Positions 10,006 to 22,014 of a stretch of 64,000 bases of DNA are shown here, piece after piece. The DNA is taken from NCBI GenBank assembly GCA_001662655.1, contig KV460218.1. One strand, 5' to 3'. A program made the position numbers and the translations under genes. The notes under the pieces are model-generated. The model did no database searches, had not been told where the DNA came from, and saw only the letters and a program-made list of their open reading frames with translations. Position 1 is the stretch's first letter, and each line of letters opens with the position of its first letter. Origin of the DNA: Pseudogymnoascus verrucosus. Taxonomy: Eukaryota.

Positions 10006-13000
10006 CACGCTCCTCCTCGGTATTCACTCCTCAAATCCCCAATCCCAATCCCAAGTGGACCTCGGCGGCGGGAACGAAAGGGGACCGACCAAACCAAACC
10101 CAGCCACCCGTTCTCCTCCTCCTTCCCAAAGCACTCTCGCCCCAATTCCCAAAAGTCAACTTAGCACCAAGTGGACCCCTCAAAAAAACCGTCTGGGAGT
10201 AACCCCGTCCCAAGTCCCAATTCCCACTCCTTCTCCCGCTCCCTCCCTCCCTCCCATCCCCCGTTCCTAGAGATTTTCACACACTACGGAGCACACCCAC
10301 ACCCACCAGCACGAGTTTACCCATAGTAGTACTCCGTAGTGGGCGGGCGGGGTGGAGTCATAAACCAGGGAGGACTGACTCCACCCCGAACCCGAGGTAA
10401 TGGGAAATTTTTCACTGACAAGGGAGGGGGTCCCCTTAAAATTGCGTTTGTTAGGGGTTCGGTGGATTAGGATAGGACCCGGTGCGGTGGAATTTCCTGT
10501 ACTATTGTGAAGTGGGCGGGGGGCGGGCAATTATCCCCGGCTGCTGGTATGATGCATAAAGTATACTTCTGCCCTGGCATTAGAGCATTATAGTATCATT
10601 CATAATCCCCCTCCTACCCTGCCCGCCGCCGCCGACGTGACGGCCAATTCTATCTACCTCGGTCAGAGTCCGGTAAAGCTAATCCCAATCCCAATCTTCC
10701 ATCCATCCCCTCGGCGCCGCCTTGACGGGCGCGGACCCGGAGAGTGGGGTACGCACAGGCAGCGTTTCCAATCCCTCGGTCTCCGTTCCTCCTTCCATCC
10801 TCCCCCTTCGTCCATCCATCTCCTTCCGTATTTTCAGGGGGGAGATGAGATGATCCGAGATTCACCACTCTCCAAAGTTTGGTTTAGCTTTACACCCCCC
10901 TGCATCTCCCCTGCTTTCCGACCTCCGCGGGTGGGTCGTATGGGGTTCTAAATAGGTCTGGGGGGGAAGGGAGAGAGGTGATTGGTGGGATTGCGCGGGC
11001 GGGAGGGAGGAAGAGGGACGTACCGTCCGTGTGGTAGGGGTGTGTGTGGGGGGGCGGAACGGGGAAGGGGGAGGAGTGGGTGGAAGGAAGTGGTGGAAGG
11101 AGTGTATTTTTGGACGAGGGGGGATGGATGGATGGATGGGTGGTGGGTGGTGGTAGTGGTGGTGGCTGGAGGATGGAGGGATGGATGGATGGATGGGTAA
11201 TGCTGGAGGTGGTGGAGGGATGTGCAATGACCCAAGTCCCCGGGCTGCTCATACATCCAGTATAGTATAGTACAGTATGGATTAAGCAATTCCCGTCCGT
11301 CTCGTCAGTCACGTCTCGGGGATGGAGGAGGGAGGTGTTTGTTTACAGTACGCGCCTCGCGACTCGCGCCTCGTACGATCCAATGTGATATGATGCAACA
11401 ATTCAGCTTCCCAGCTGCCACAGTTCCCAAAGCCAGCTCCAGACCGAAGAACCTCTGCACATACATGTACGTCTGTATGCTTCCGCTACAGCTCCGCTCC
11501 CCCCTCAAACATCGCCACCCCTCAGTCTCAGCCCATCCTTCAACGCCCACCTGTCACTCTCCCCCCGTTGCTTCCCCAGATCCTGTTCTCCCTCCTCCCC
11601 GCTACCCACCCGTTTCACCTGAACTGATACATCCCGCTGTCCACTCTCCGCATCCAGTCGTCTCCGCTCCGAGGAGTCCAACTATCGAACCGTCTGCGTC
11701 CGTGTTCCACACGTATCGAAAAGCAAGCTACAGCTCAGAATTAATCCGAGCACCGGTATTCCTGTCTCAACTCGGACAGCTCGCGGCATCTAGGCGAGCG
11801 CCGCGGACCAATGGGAAGGGTGGGAGGTGGGGGAGAGGCGGTCTGTTCACCGCCCGCTAAGACTACTGCAGCTCGAGATGGTCCAGCGATCTGGGTGCAG
11901 CGGAGATTAGGGTACGTACTGTACTCGCTGGTGTGGTGTGTGGTGTGGGTGGAGTCGAGGGCGACGGAAACGGAGACGGGATGTGGGCGCGCGGGGGGAG
12001 GGACCCGGATGGGGGATGGGAGGATGGGATATTGGAGTTGAAAGATGGGAATGTAGGCGCGGAGACGGGATGGAGGATGGGGATGCAAGTCAAGACGCAG
12101 CGAGATGATGAGATGGAGGGGAATGACTCGAGTGAGTCAAGTTTGTGAGATTGTTCAGCTGTTGATGGATGGAGCGGGGATGTAGGGACGGTGGATATGA
12201 CGACAATAGGAGCTGAGGGGTGTTTCTTATCGTTCGTTGTCCTGTTGTCGCGTCTTGCCTGTTGTCCTGTACTCTCCTCACCGTAAATGCGCACGTCTGA
12301 CTCTAAGTGCATCGTAGGTTCGCTGGTGTAGGGTGGTGTATGGGTGTGAGGTGTCGCGAGGGAAGAGGCGGTGACTTGGGAGGGGTGTACTGTTTGTGCG
12401 GTGAGGCGTGTGTGTGTGATATGGTATGTGTGGTATGTGTGTGTATGAACTTGCTTGTCTGCTATGGTATGGGTGGTGAACTGTGTGTCTGGTCTCTGGC
12501 GCCTGGTATGTAAGTATAGGGTATCATCATAAGTGACAGCGCGCTTTGGGCGTCGGATTCGCTGGTCGGTGCCCTATCGGACGCTGTTCGGGGGTGTTGC
12601 TCTGGTGTTGCTCTAACCGTCACGATGATGGGGATGTACTGGTTCGTTAGGTTGGAAGTATTGACTTATCGGATTGAGCGGTGATGAGAGGCGGTGATGA
12701 GTGGGAAGGTACTTGGGGTGTGGGCAGGAGGTGAGTGGAAGGTACGACTGACTGGCTATGCAATGAATGAGTGACTCCCATACAATTCAATACAGCTGGC
12801 CATACACAGGACACAGACAGCGCACACACAAACACATCTAATACATCCAATACACACAATACACCCAACAACACCACCAAGAACGCCTAACACGACTTTG
12901 ATAGGAGTGGCAGGAGTGATATGAGTGATACGGGTTATGGGTGTGATACGGGTGTGATATGGGTGACTCCTCCTCTCCCATCACCGCCACTCAGCATACC

Positions 13001-14398
13001 CATCACTCCCATCCATCACCCTCATCACAGTGACAGGTCGACCGTCTCCTCCCACCACCACCACCACCACAGCCCCCACGCCCAATCACGCCCTATCACA
13101 CCATCCCATCACCACCACGCAGCTACCACTCATCGACCGTCAAGATGCCACTCACCCCCCATCACCCCCCATCACCACCCATCAACAGCCATCCCTCCGC
13201 CATCACACCCGCAAGAGGAACAAATCCCACTAAATCCCACGCCCCCCGTCACTAAACTCCCCCATCACATCCCCCATCTCCCCCCGTCAAACACCCCCCC
13301 GCCCCCCCCCTACCACCCCCCCTGTCGTCACCCCCATCGCCAATCCCCACACACACACCGCGTCGTCGGGTCTCGTCCCCCTCCCCCATCCAACCTAGCG
13401 CGTCTTAGACCGCCGAACGCCACGCCCGTTCACGGCCCACGGCTGCTCTGCCGGCGGTACATCCGTGTTTGTACCCACGGAGCTGGCGTCGTTGTTTGGA
13501 AAAGCAAAAATCGACTAGGTACAGTTAAGGCGCCATGAAAAAGGGAGATCTGAGCATAATGTACTGTAGGGGGGGGGGGCGGGATATGGGGCGAGCGAAA
13601 GTGAGTGCCAGGAGATGATGGGTGACATGGGGGGGCGGTGGGGGAGGGAGGAAATAGACTACAGTACACGGGGGAGGTGAGGTGGAATTTTCGTATACAT
13701 ACTCCCCCAGGCCCATCTTGCTCAGTCTGTTCGCGGTGATTCTTGTTAAAGAGACAAAGACGGCTTACCTTCGAAAGACAGAGACAATACCATATCAGCT
13801 TCCATATCAGACACTACGATACCATACCAACTATAATACCAACTTCCAACTTCCTACCAACGACTACTACTTCTCACCCGCTCGGTACCTCGCCGCTTTC
13901 AACCATCCTCAACTCTCGGCCATTTTATCACCCACCGCCATCTCACCAACTTCACGTCTTATACCCAAAGCAACGCACCAACCCGTCTGCAACCTCCCAC
14001 AGACACACCGCTAGACATCATTCCACAACCCACAAAAAAACCAAGAAAACCATCAAGACATCCAGACCCCTCCGACTCACTCACCGCACCACCATAGCAA
14101 CAGCAACGCACCCATTCGTTTGCAGCCGCCAGACAGCAACGGTAACCCACACATCTGAGACAAAAAAACACCAACCGGTAATCGATCGGACGCGTGCGAC
14201 CACCTTCCCAGCGCCGCGGGTTGTTAATCGGGCCATATCTGGATCGCAGTGTCAGTGCTGTCATCGATCAGACGGACACCGCACAGTGTGATATAAATCG
14301 CCCTGCTCACCCACATCGCTTGGTTGAAGCAGTCAGATAGGCGATTTACGATATCCACCCACCACCACCATCACCACACACAACAAGGATAGTCGAAA

Positions 14399-14920
14399 AT
14401 GTACTTCCCATATCCCCAGTTCTTCACCTCCTCCTCGGCAACATCATCAGCATCCTCCTCAGCCGCCTCCTCACCCACATCTTCAGCGCCGTCGACGCCC
14501 CGCTCACACCCAACATCCTACCACGCCACCTCCCCCTACCAATCCAGCACCACATCCACCTCCCCCATCTCCATCTCCTCACCCTGCGCCTACCCATCCT
14601 GGCCCACGCGCCCGTCCCTCCAATCCTCATCGCGCCATGAAAACGCACCCTTCGCACACACAGCCGCGTCGAGTTACCTGTCCGACGACGATCTGAGTCC
14701 GTTGGATGAGGAGGAGGAGGAGCTGCTTGCGTTGCAAAGAGCGATGCCGATGAGGGCGTTGGTGGATACGAGGGCGATTAGGGAGGCGTTGGTGGAGGAG
14801 GGAGCGAGGAAGAAGGCGAGGAAGGTTAAGGTGGCGGGGAGGAGGGGGAGTGGTGGGAGTGAACGCGGGGAGAGGAGGGTGAAGTTGAGTACGATTGTTG
14901 AGGGGAGTTATGTTGGGTAG
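14399..14920 (+). CDS. Small Ser-rich fungal hypothetical protein (173 aa)
   Basis: ATG in good context (AAAATG), TATA-like TATAAA near 14292, and motifs SPCAYPSWP and SSYLSDDDL that I recall from a conserved Pezizomycotina family. Confidence 0.7.
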   Translation: MYFPYPQFFTSSSATSSASSSAASSPTSSAPSTPRSHPTSYHATSPYQSSTTSTSPISISSPCAYPSWPTRPSLQSSSRHENAPFAHTAASSYLSDDDLSPLDEEEEELLALQRAMPMRALVDTRAIREALVEEGARKKARKVKVAGRRGSGGSERGERRVKLSTIVEGSYVG

Positions 14921-15398
14921 ATGCCGTTTGTCTACCTTGGGGATGGTTTGGGGTGGTTTACTTCTCTTTGGCTTTGATGGGAGCGATCTTTTTTTTTATT
15001 ATACCCTTTTTTTTCGACGATGGAGGTCGGCAGCAACAGAGGAGGGAGTACTTCACAGTACGCACACAGCATGGCTTGGGAGGCATACATCTTAATTTTT
15101 TTCTTTGTCATCATAATATTTGCTTTTATCAGCGAGCGAAGCGGCATTGGATGGGGACCTTTGAGTCTACTAGGTTGGGAGGGACGGAAGAAAAGCATCT
15201 TTGGAGGTGGGAGCGAGGGAGGGAGAGACAGCTGGATACCAATGATATCGCTGTGGATGTAGGTAGTATAGCATAGTTAGGATAGGATAGTTAATATGAT
15301 ACCCCGATATATTTTTATATATACTTCTGGTTTTGTTTGCAGTTTGCAGTGACTGTCGTGATATGGGGAGAGTTAGGGGGGGGGTTGGCGAGTTTCTT

Positions 15399-15575
15399 GG
15401 GAATTAAGGAAGAGAATTTTAGGGAGAGGAATCGAGGGAGATGTTAGGGAGAGGAATTAAGGGAAAGGTATTAAGGGAGGGGGATTAAGGGAAAGGAATC
15501 GAGGGAGAGGATTTAGGAGAGAGGATTTCGGGGAGAGGAATTGAGGGAGACGAATCGAGGGAGAGGAATCGAGGC
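15399..15575 (+). repeat. Purine-rich minisatellite, about 12 degenerate copies of AGGGAGAGGAATCG
   Basis: The 14-bp periodicity can be read directly. Confidence 0.8.
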
Positions 15576-15779
15576 AAGTCTTATAGGGAAGAAGCTCGGA
15601 GGAGCAGAATGTTGAAAAATCCGTGCGATGCCCTATCCCTTCTGTTTATTATTTCATATTCTCAGTTTTGCCACCTTAATCTCCTATCTTGGTATATTTT
15701 TACCCCCTCGATCTTCTCCCTTGTGTTTCTTAAACTATGCCCCTTTTCACTCCCTACTACCTAAGCCCCCAAAGATGTT

Positions 15780-16774
15780 CTAATCAGAATACGCCCTACT
15801 CGCCCCTCTCAGAGCAGGAATGCGATATCGCATCAACATCGGCAATGCATCGAGTCTAATCTTCGAAACAAAAACTTCATCGCCCTCGATGGACATAACC
15901 TTGAATATTGTTCCAATCATCACAGCAGTCTGTACTGCCTCCCAATTCGCTTCCAAAGAATCACGAATTTCAGCCGGCGTGTCTTCAAGAAGCCCATCCC
16001 AAAACCCCCAATCAATAGCCTCAAATTCGGGGCGCTGGCGGAAGACTATGTCGATTATCTCTCCAGCCAGGAACTGAATACAGTAACACGCAACACCAAA
16101 TGGCTGAGGAGGAGGTGATAGTTCCCAGTCGATAACACCAGTAACTTCAGCGTTTTCTCCAACAAGAACATTCATCTCATTTAAATCGAGGTGCCCAAAG
16201 AATAGAGGGAGTTTTTTCAAAGCCGGAGCCTCCTCGATCAACTTGGAAATAAATGCGGAGAATGGCTTGACATCATCTCTTTCGAGGGCGAGAGCGCGAA
16301 TCTTGTGTAGATTGGGGATGATATCGGAGTCGACTACCTCGCCTGCGTTGCCTTCAACAAAACATCGAGCGAAGACACGACCTAGAGATTCGGAACAAGT
16401 AGCTCGCTGGGTTTCGTTCCATATATCTTCATACTCCATCCAAGGCTTTCCAGGAATACGGGTCATATAAAATGGCCATACTCCAGCTTCGACCAGTTCC
16501 AGGTCATGAGTAGCTTCAATCATGGGCACTATATCGCCGAGAAGATTGCGAGCATGGAAGAACGGCTCTACGTCTAGAGCTTCGATTCTGAATTGGATTA
16601 TGACATTCCGACCATCCTGGAGAAAGACCTCTAGTGTCTTACTAAAACATCCCTGGGTAGTCGTGAGCTGAGCCGATATTGCTTTGATTCCAAGGTGTTG
16701 CGATGCAAGCTCTTTTGCTTTGTTGATTTGCTTTCAGCGTTATTCAACGATGTAGGGAAATCGGAGTCTGACAT
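15780..16774 (-). pseudogene. APH/choline-kinase-like phosphotransferase with a 1-nt frameshift near 16732
   Basis: Motifs QGCFSKT, HLDLNEMNVLV and GVIDWE. The ATG at 16774 is out of frame with the domain ORF; adding one A to the A3 run (plus-strand T3 at 16732-16734) restores it. Confidence 0.7.
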
Positions 16775-17302
16775 AGTTTTTAAGTAATACTACTTGATAG
16801 AGACGTAAAATCATTATGCTGAACAACCAATATCATCATGTAGGACCCTTCCCCATCTTGCGTCCCGTTACTGGATTTACCCCGCTCCTAGCCTACCCGG
16901 TAGTACATCTGTTCTGGTCTAATCGTCAATTCAAAGTAACTATCACTGTAATTTCTATGTAAAGTTACTTATTCGCAAGGTACTATTAAAGCTGCATACT
17001 TTCGTCGCTAAAATTTGCAGTGTGGATATATTTAATTCGTCGATATAGTCAAGAGCCTTCATCGAAGAGGCTGAGCATTGTGAAGTAACGAGGCGGTATG
17101 TGTATGTGGGCTGAGCAAGGCGAGGCAGACTCGCCAGCCACAGTAGCACCGAATAATATGTTCATAAGTAAATGACTATACCCAGCTTCCCTACAGTCCT
17201 ATTTTCAAAGGGTCTTTTTCAGATTTTTTGGTTAAAAAGTCACTTGGTGTCCAATTTATCATACTATCCGTATCCGTTCAGTAACTCTTTAGATGGCCTG
17301 AA

Positions 17303-19086
17303 ATGGAACTTGGAACAGGATTGGCACTAGTAGCCTTTGCTGATCAATGTATCAAGTCAGTTACATGTAGCTACTAAAGATCCTTCCTAACCTATTTATA
17401 CTTCCCCTCATCACGTTGATTATATAAATTACTGTTCTAACCCTCCTGTACAGATACGGAACCAAACTAGTGAAACGATGCAAAAGTTATCGCCATGCAG
17501 TGGACGAGGCGAGGGCCTTTTTGGTCACAATCGAGCACAACTGGCGGAAGACCGAATCCCAAATCAAGTTCCTTAAATCAATCGCTACCACTTTAGACGA
17601 AGACTATCTCGAGATGCAATCGATCCTGTTATCTGAGCTAGAAGGCCAGCTAAAGACAGCGACGCTCACTTTAGACCAGCTGATTGAGAAAAGCAAGCGC
17701 GGGAAGTCGCGCACAGAGTCTAATATCATCGATCGCATGAAGAGTCTCGTAGTGATGACACCTGGCCAGAAGATCAAATATGCTTTCGAAAAGGGCACAC
17801 TACAGGACCTAGTCAATGGTCTTGAAAAGTGGCAGGGAAGATTCGATCCTTGCTGGATGCTGATAATGCGAATTGAATCCCGAAGCATCGACAACGAGCT
17901 GTCTCGGGAAACACAAAAACCCCCGGCTCAGCAGATTCCGTTCATTATGGCAGCAAAGGAGATGCGCGATGCTGTTCATGCGACTTTAGTGGAAAACCCT
18001 GCAGTCGAAGTTCCGATTTGGCTGGATGCGGACTCTTACCATTCATCTAACGATGTAATTGAGTTCTCTCCCATCTCAATTCATCTCTCAAAGTCGACTG
18101 GGAATAGTCTTATGATAGAGACAATGCGCTGCAACATCAGATCCGATATTGACAGGACCACGAAGGATGCTCGTGATCTTGCCCAAATCCTGCACAAGAT
18201 CAACTCCCCAAACTTCGGCCTACTCAAATGCCAAGGAATCATTAAAGAATCAGAGACTGTCACAGATCAGTTCGGACATCCTAAAGCTCTTCCAACCTTT
18301 TCATTCGTGTTTGAAATTCCCAAAGACTTTCGGAACCCGCGAACTCTCCGTGGCATTTTACAAGAAGCTGCTCCTTTCCCATTAAATGAGCGACTCGACC
18401 TCGCACGCCAGCTCACCTATTCAGTTCTGTATATCCACAGTGCCCGCTTCGTCCACAAGAGCATTCGGCCAGAAACGATTCTTGTGTTTGAGAATGAGAC
18501 GTCGAGTATTGGCGCGCCGTTCTTGGTTGGATTCGAGAAGTTTCGCCCTGCGGATGGACACACTTATTTGATTGGAGATGAGAGTTGGGAGAAGAATCTC
18601 TGTATGTTCTAAGCATCCTTTAATATCGTACGGCAAGTACTGACAGAATCTATAGACCGCCATCCAACACGCCAAGGTATTTTGCCCGAAGAGCAGTATA
18701 AGATGCAGCATGATGTATATAGCATTGGCGTAGTGCTTTTGGAGATTGGTCTTTGGACTTCACTTGTCACTTACCCTCAAATCTCAAGTCCGAACACGGA
18801 AGGTAACATTCCGGTCGCTTCGGAATATGTTAACCTCGTGTCGCCAGGCAAAGAGAAAGATCCTCGCCTGCGAGCATTTCGAGATAAAGAGATGTTAGAA
18901 AATCTCGCTGAGCGTGAACTGCCTCATAGACTTGGGAGAAAGTATACTGATATGGTATTGCTATGTCTGCGGTCTCTAGATAACCTAGAGACTGGTATTC
19001 CGGGCGGCGTGGATAAAGATGGAATAGGAATTGGCGTAAGTTTCGTTGAAACAGTGTTAGAATTAATACATGGGATTTCTCTTTGA
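17303..19086 (+). CDS. HeLo-like N-terminal helical domain + pseudokinase (543 aa; exons 17303-17355, 17454-18601, 18656-19086)
   Basis: N-terminus MELGTGLALVAFADQCIKYG resembles HeLo/HELL N-terminal helices. The kinase-like lobe has HKSIRPETIL in place of HRDLKxxN, GFEKFR in place of DFG, then YRHP and DVYSIGVVLLEIGLW. The splice sites restore the frame. Confidence 0.8.
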
Positions 19087-19547
19087 TTTGCTGAGAGATC
19101 GAGCGAGAGGTAGAGACACTAAGACACCGAGATACTGATTTCATAGCAGAGAGGCTAGGAGATTACGAGAGAAGCATAGACGCGGGGAGACACAGGGAGA
19201 GGCAGAGAGACTCAGACATCGAGGGGGAGAGAGAGGAACTGAGAAGCCAAGATACTAAAAGAGAGGGACGGAGGAATTAAGAGACCGAGGGACGGACTGA
19301 GAGGCAGAGGGTCTAAGAAATTGAGAGAGAGGCTGAGATGCTAAGAAATTAAGGGATACGTATAGAGATTGAGCGCGAGGCAGGGAGAGAGAGAGAGAAT
19401 AGAGGATTAAGAGAGGGAGGAGTAGATGTTCTACGAATATGTGATTTATAGCTTTAATTTTGCGTAATAACAATGGAGGAGTAACTGCAGTCTTTCGTCA
19501 TTAATGATTGCGTTTAATACATTGTGTTACTTCTCTTAACTCCTTAG

Positions 19548-22014
19548 TTACCCAACGCTTCGTTTTGCATCCTCTAGTGTCGGTTCATAAGATGCCAACA
19601 ATGGTTTGGTATCCTTCAATGCCTTAGCCTGAATTTGCCGCTGTTTCGCCGGGTCCTTTGTAAGGATCGGAAGTAGATCCCCTGGAATCGGGGCGTGAAG
19701 GTTGAAACTCTTAGAGAATGCTATCAAGTCGCCGAGCTTTACTTCTCGAGCTTTCCTAGCTTTCTCTAATCTGGTGGCTTCAGCTTCCTGTTTGATATGC
19801 AGCTTAAATTTTTCAAAAGCAGTAAGAGACGCCTTTGTTTTTGCTCCGGTGTCTGCTGTACCTAACGGATTTTCGTTTCTCTCGGGGGTATCCTTAGTCG
19901 GCAGATCACTCACTGGCCCGAGAACCGTAAAAGGATTCACTTCTACAACCGGAAGTTTCGCAGTAGAATTCTCGTACAGCTCTTTCGCTTTCTTTGCCTT
20001 TCGTTTAGCAGACTTGCTTAGCGGAGCATCCTCTATGCCTGCATTTGATTTCTCCGGAGCCCCGTAGCTGTTAGACCTTCCGTGAGAGGTCACTTGAGAA
20101 ACTGTAGGTGCGATTAAAGCGCTCGGTTTGACAATTAGACCACCGGAAACAGTATTGACTGGAGCTTCTGAGGCATGGGTAGAGGTGGCTGAGCGATAAA
20201 TATCCGGACGATTTAGTCCATGGCCGGCATCGCCTAGTGGCTTTGCCGATGGCAGCTTAACAATGTCACCTTCTGGATTCCTGATGATAATTGCTGCGCT
20301 CCTAGGGGTTGTGCGTTGGAAAGGGCTACGGGGAGCCACAGCCTTTGCCTGGGGAGTTTGGTGAATTACGGACGCTGGGATTGAAGGAGTTCGGGGCTGG
20401 CCTAGGTTGGAGTTTGGCCTTTCGGACATTTGCGGAGGAGTGAGTCCGGTTGCGGCTACATTAGCCCATGTTTGCCTAGGAGAATTTTCTTGTAAAAATC
20501 TCTCACTTTCCTTCCACACTTTCTCAATACTTTCTGCGAATTTAGGCGAGGATATATGTTCGTCCACTTGTCCTTCCTTCACTGGCATATCTCTAGTGAA
20601 CGTCTTGAATGTAGACTTGTCAGATTGCACATAGCCATCCGCATACAAGGGCGGAGCTAAGTCCGCAACTATCCTCTGAGTAGAGTTGTCGAGGCTCTCG
20701 TCGATATTTGTGCCATCTAAATGATTCGAGGTAGCTATGCCTGCAGCCAGAGATGGTTGACTTGTTTCCTTTGTAGTATGTAGTGGGATGGGCCTAAGAC
20801 TGGAGGGCGAGCCATGGCTGCTAATACTTTGGGTTGCTGATATGCTTTGCAAGCCAGCATGGGTCACAGTATCGTATCCCTCAGTGTTAAGAGTAGATTC
20901 CCAAGTAGTTCGTTGCCCGTAGTCACTAAAAGGAACTAGACCAGACGTGGAATTTAGATTTAAGCCTAGAAGCCAGTTAACAAATATACCAACAAATCCA
21001 TTCCTCACTTACCAATCTGCATCCAAGGATGGTCTAAAGCTTGCTGGGCATTCAGTCTATCCCGCGGAATTGGCGCAAGTAGACTTTGAATAAACTCTAT
21101 GCCAGATTGGTCCAATTGAAGAGACTGATACAGGAATCCCGATGGGTTTTCACAGAATTTATACAAGGAAGGGCCAGGTGGAAACGGGACAACTCCACTT
21201 CCCAGCCGATAGACGATGCATCCCAGTGCCCATAGATCTACGGCAGTTGTATATGCAGACTTGTGAGGGTCTTCTCGAGGCACGTAATCTAATATCTCAG
21301 GCGCCATGTATGATTCCGTGCCTGTTTGTGTCCGGTATGCGGTTTCCTCGGTGCGTCTTTTAGTTAATCCAAAATCGGCAAGCTTGACCCACCACTGGGG
21401 ACCCGTTCTACATACTAAAACATTCTAGGGAGATATCAGCACGTGTATCATGAGAATGTTAGCTAGTCGGTTACCTTGGGCTTTAGATCTCGGTGAACGA
21501 AAGATTCCGAGTGCATGATCTTCAGACCTTCTAAGATTTGAAAGGTGATGAGCCTGATTTCTGGTTCCACTAATTGTCCAGGCCTAGAGGGCACATTGTG
21601 CTCAAGGTCACCTAGGGGAATGTATTCCATAGCCAAGTATACGCTGTCAGAATCCTCGAACCAGCCTAAGAATTCCACAAACACGGCCGCCTCTTTGTAT
21701 TTCAATTTCGAGAACTCCACTAGAGCCTCAAGCTCCCTTTGATATTCCCTTTTCAGTGTCGATCCGCTTGTCCACAGACGCTTCACTGCCCTCTGCTCGC
21801 TCCCCTCCATGAGAACCTCCAAACGAATTTCGCCAAACGCGCCCTTCCCAATGATTCGCTCAACCCTCCATACTTTTTGTTTCGGGACACGTCTCTGACC
21901 AGATACCAGGTCGGATACCAAATGTGTCTCTACAACAAGGTTTGCTTCCCGGATAACTTGTGCGTTGATCTTCGTGTGGTCGAATTGAGAGAGATGGGAG
22001 AGATGGGAGGACAT
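19548..22014 (-). CDS. Ser/Thr protein kinase with long disordered C-terminal tail ending in a Pbp1/ataxin-2-like segment (789 aa; exons 22014-21475, 21424-21013, 20965-19548)
   Basis: Complete catalytic motif set: GKGAFG, AVK, HRDLKPKN, DFG, YMAPE, DLWALG. Both introns are GT-AG and keep the frame. Confidence 0.88.

Noticed and set aside
8020..14300. Many Pro/His/Gly-rich ORFs of 60-205 aa on both strands
   Set aside because: Explained by low-complexity C- or G-rich blocks that lack stop codons; no recognisable domains.
19090..19420. GA-rich tract between the convergent kinase genes
   Set aside because: Low-complexity purine tract without a definable unit or element ends.
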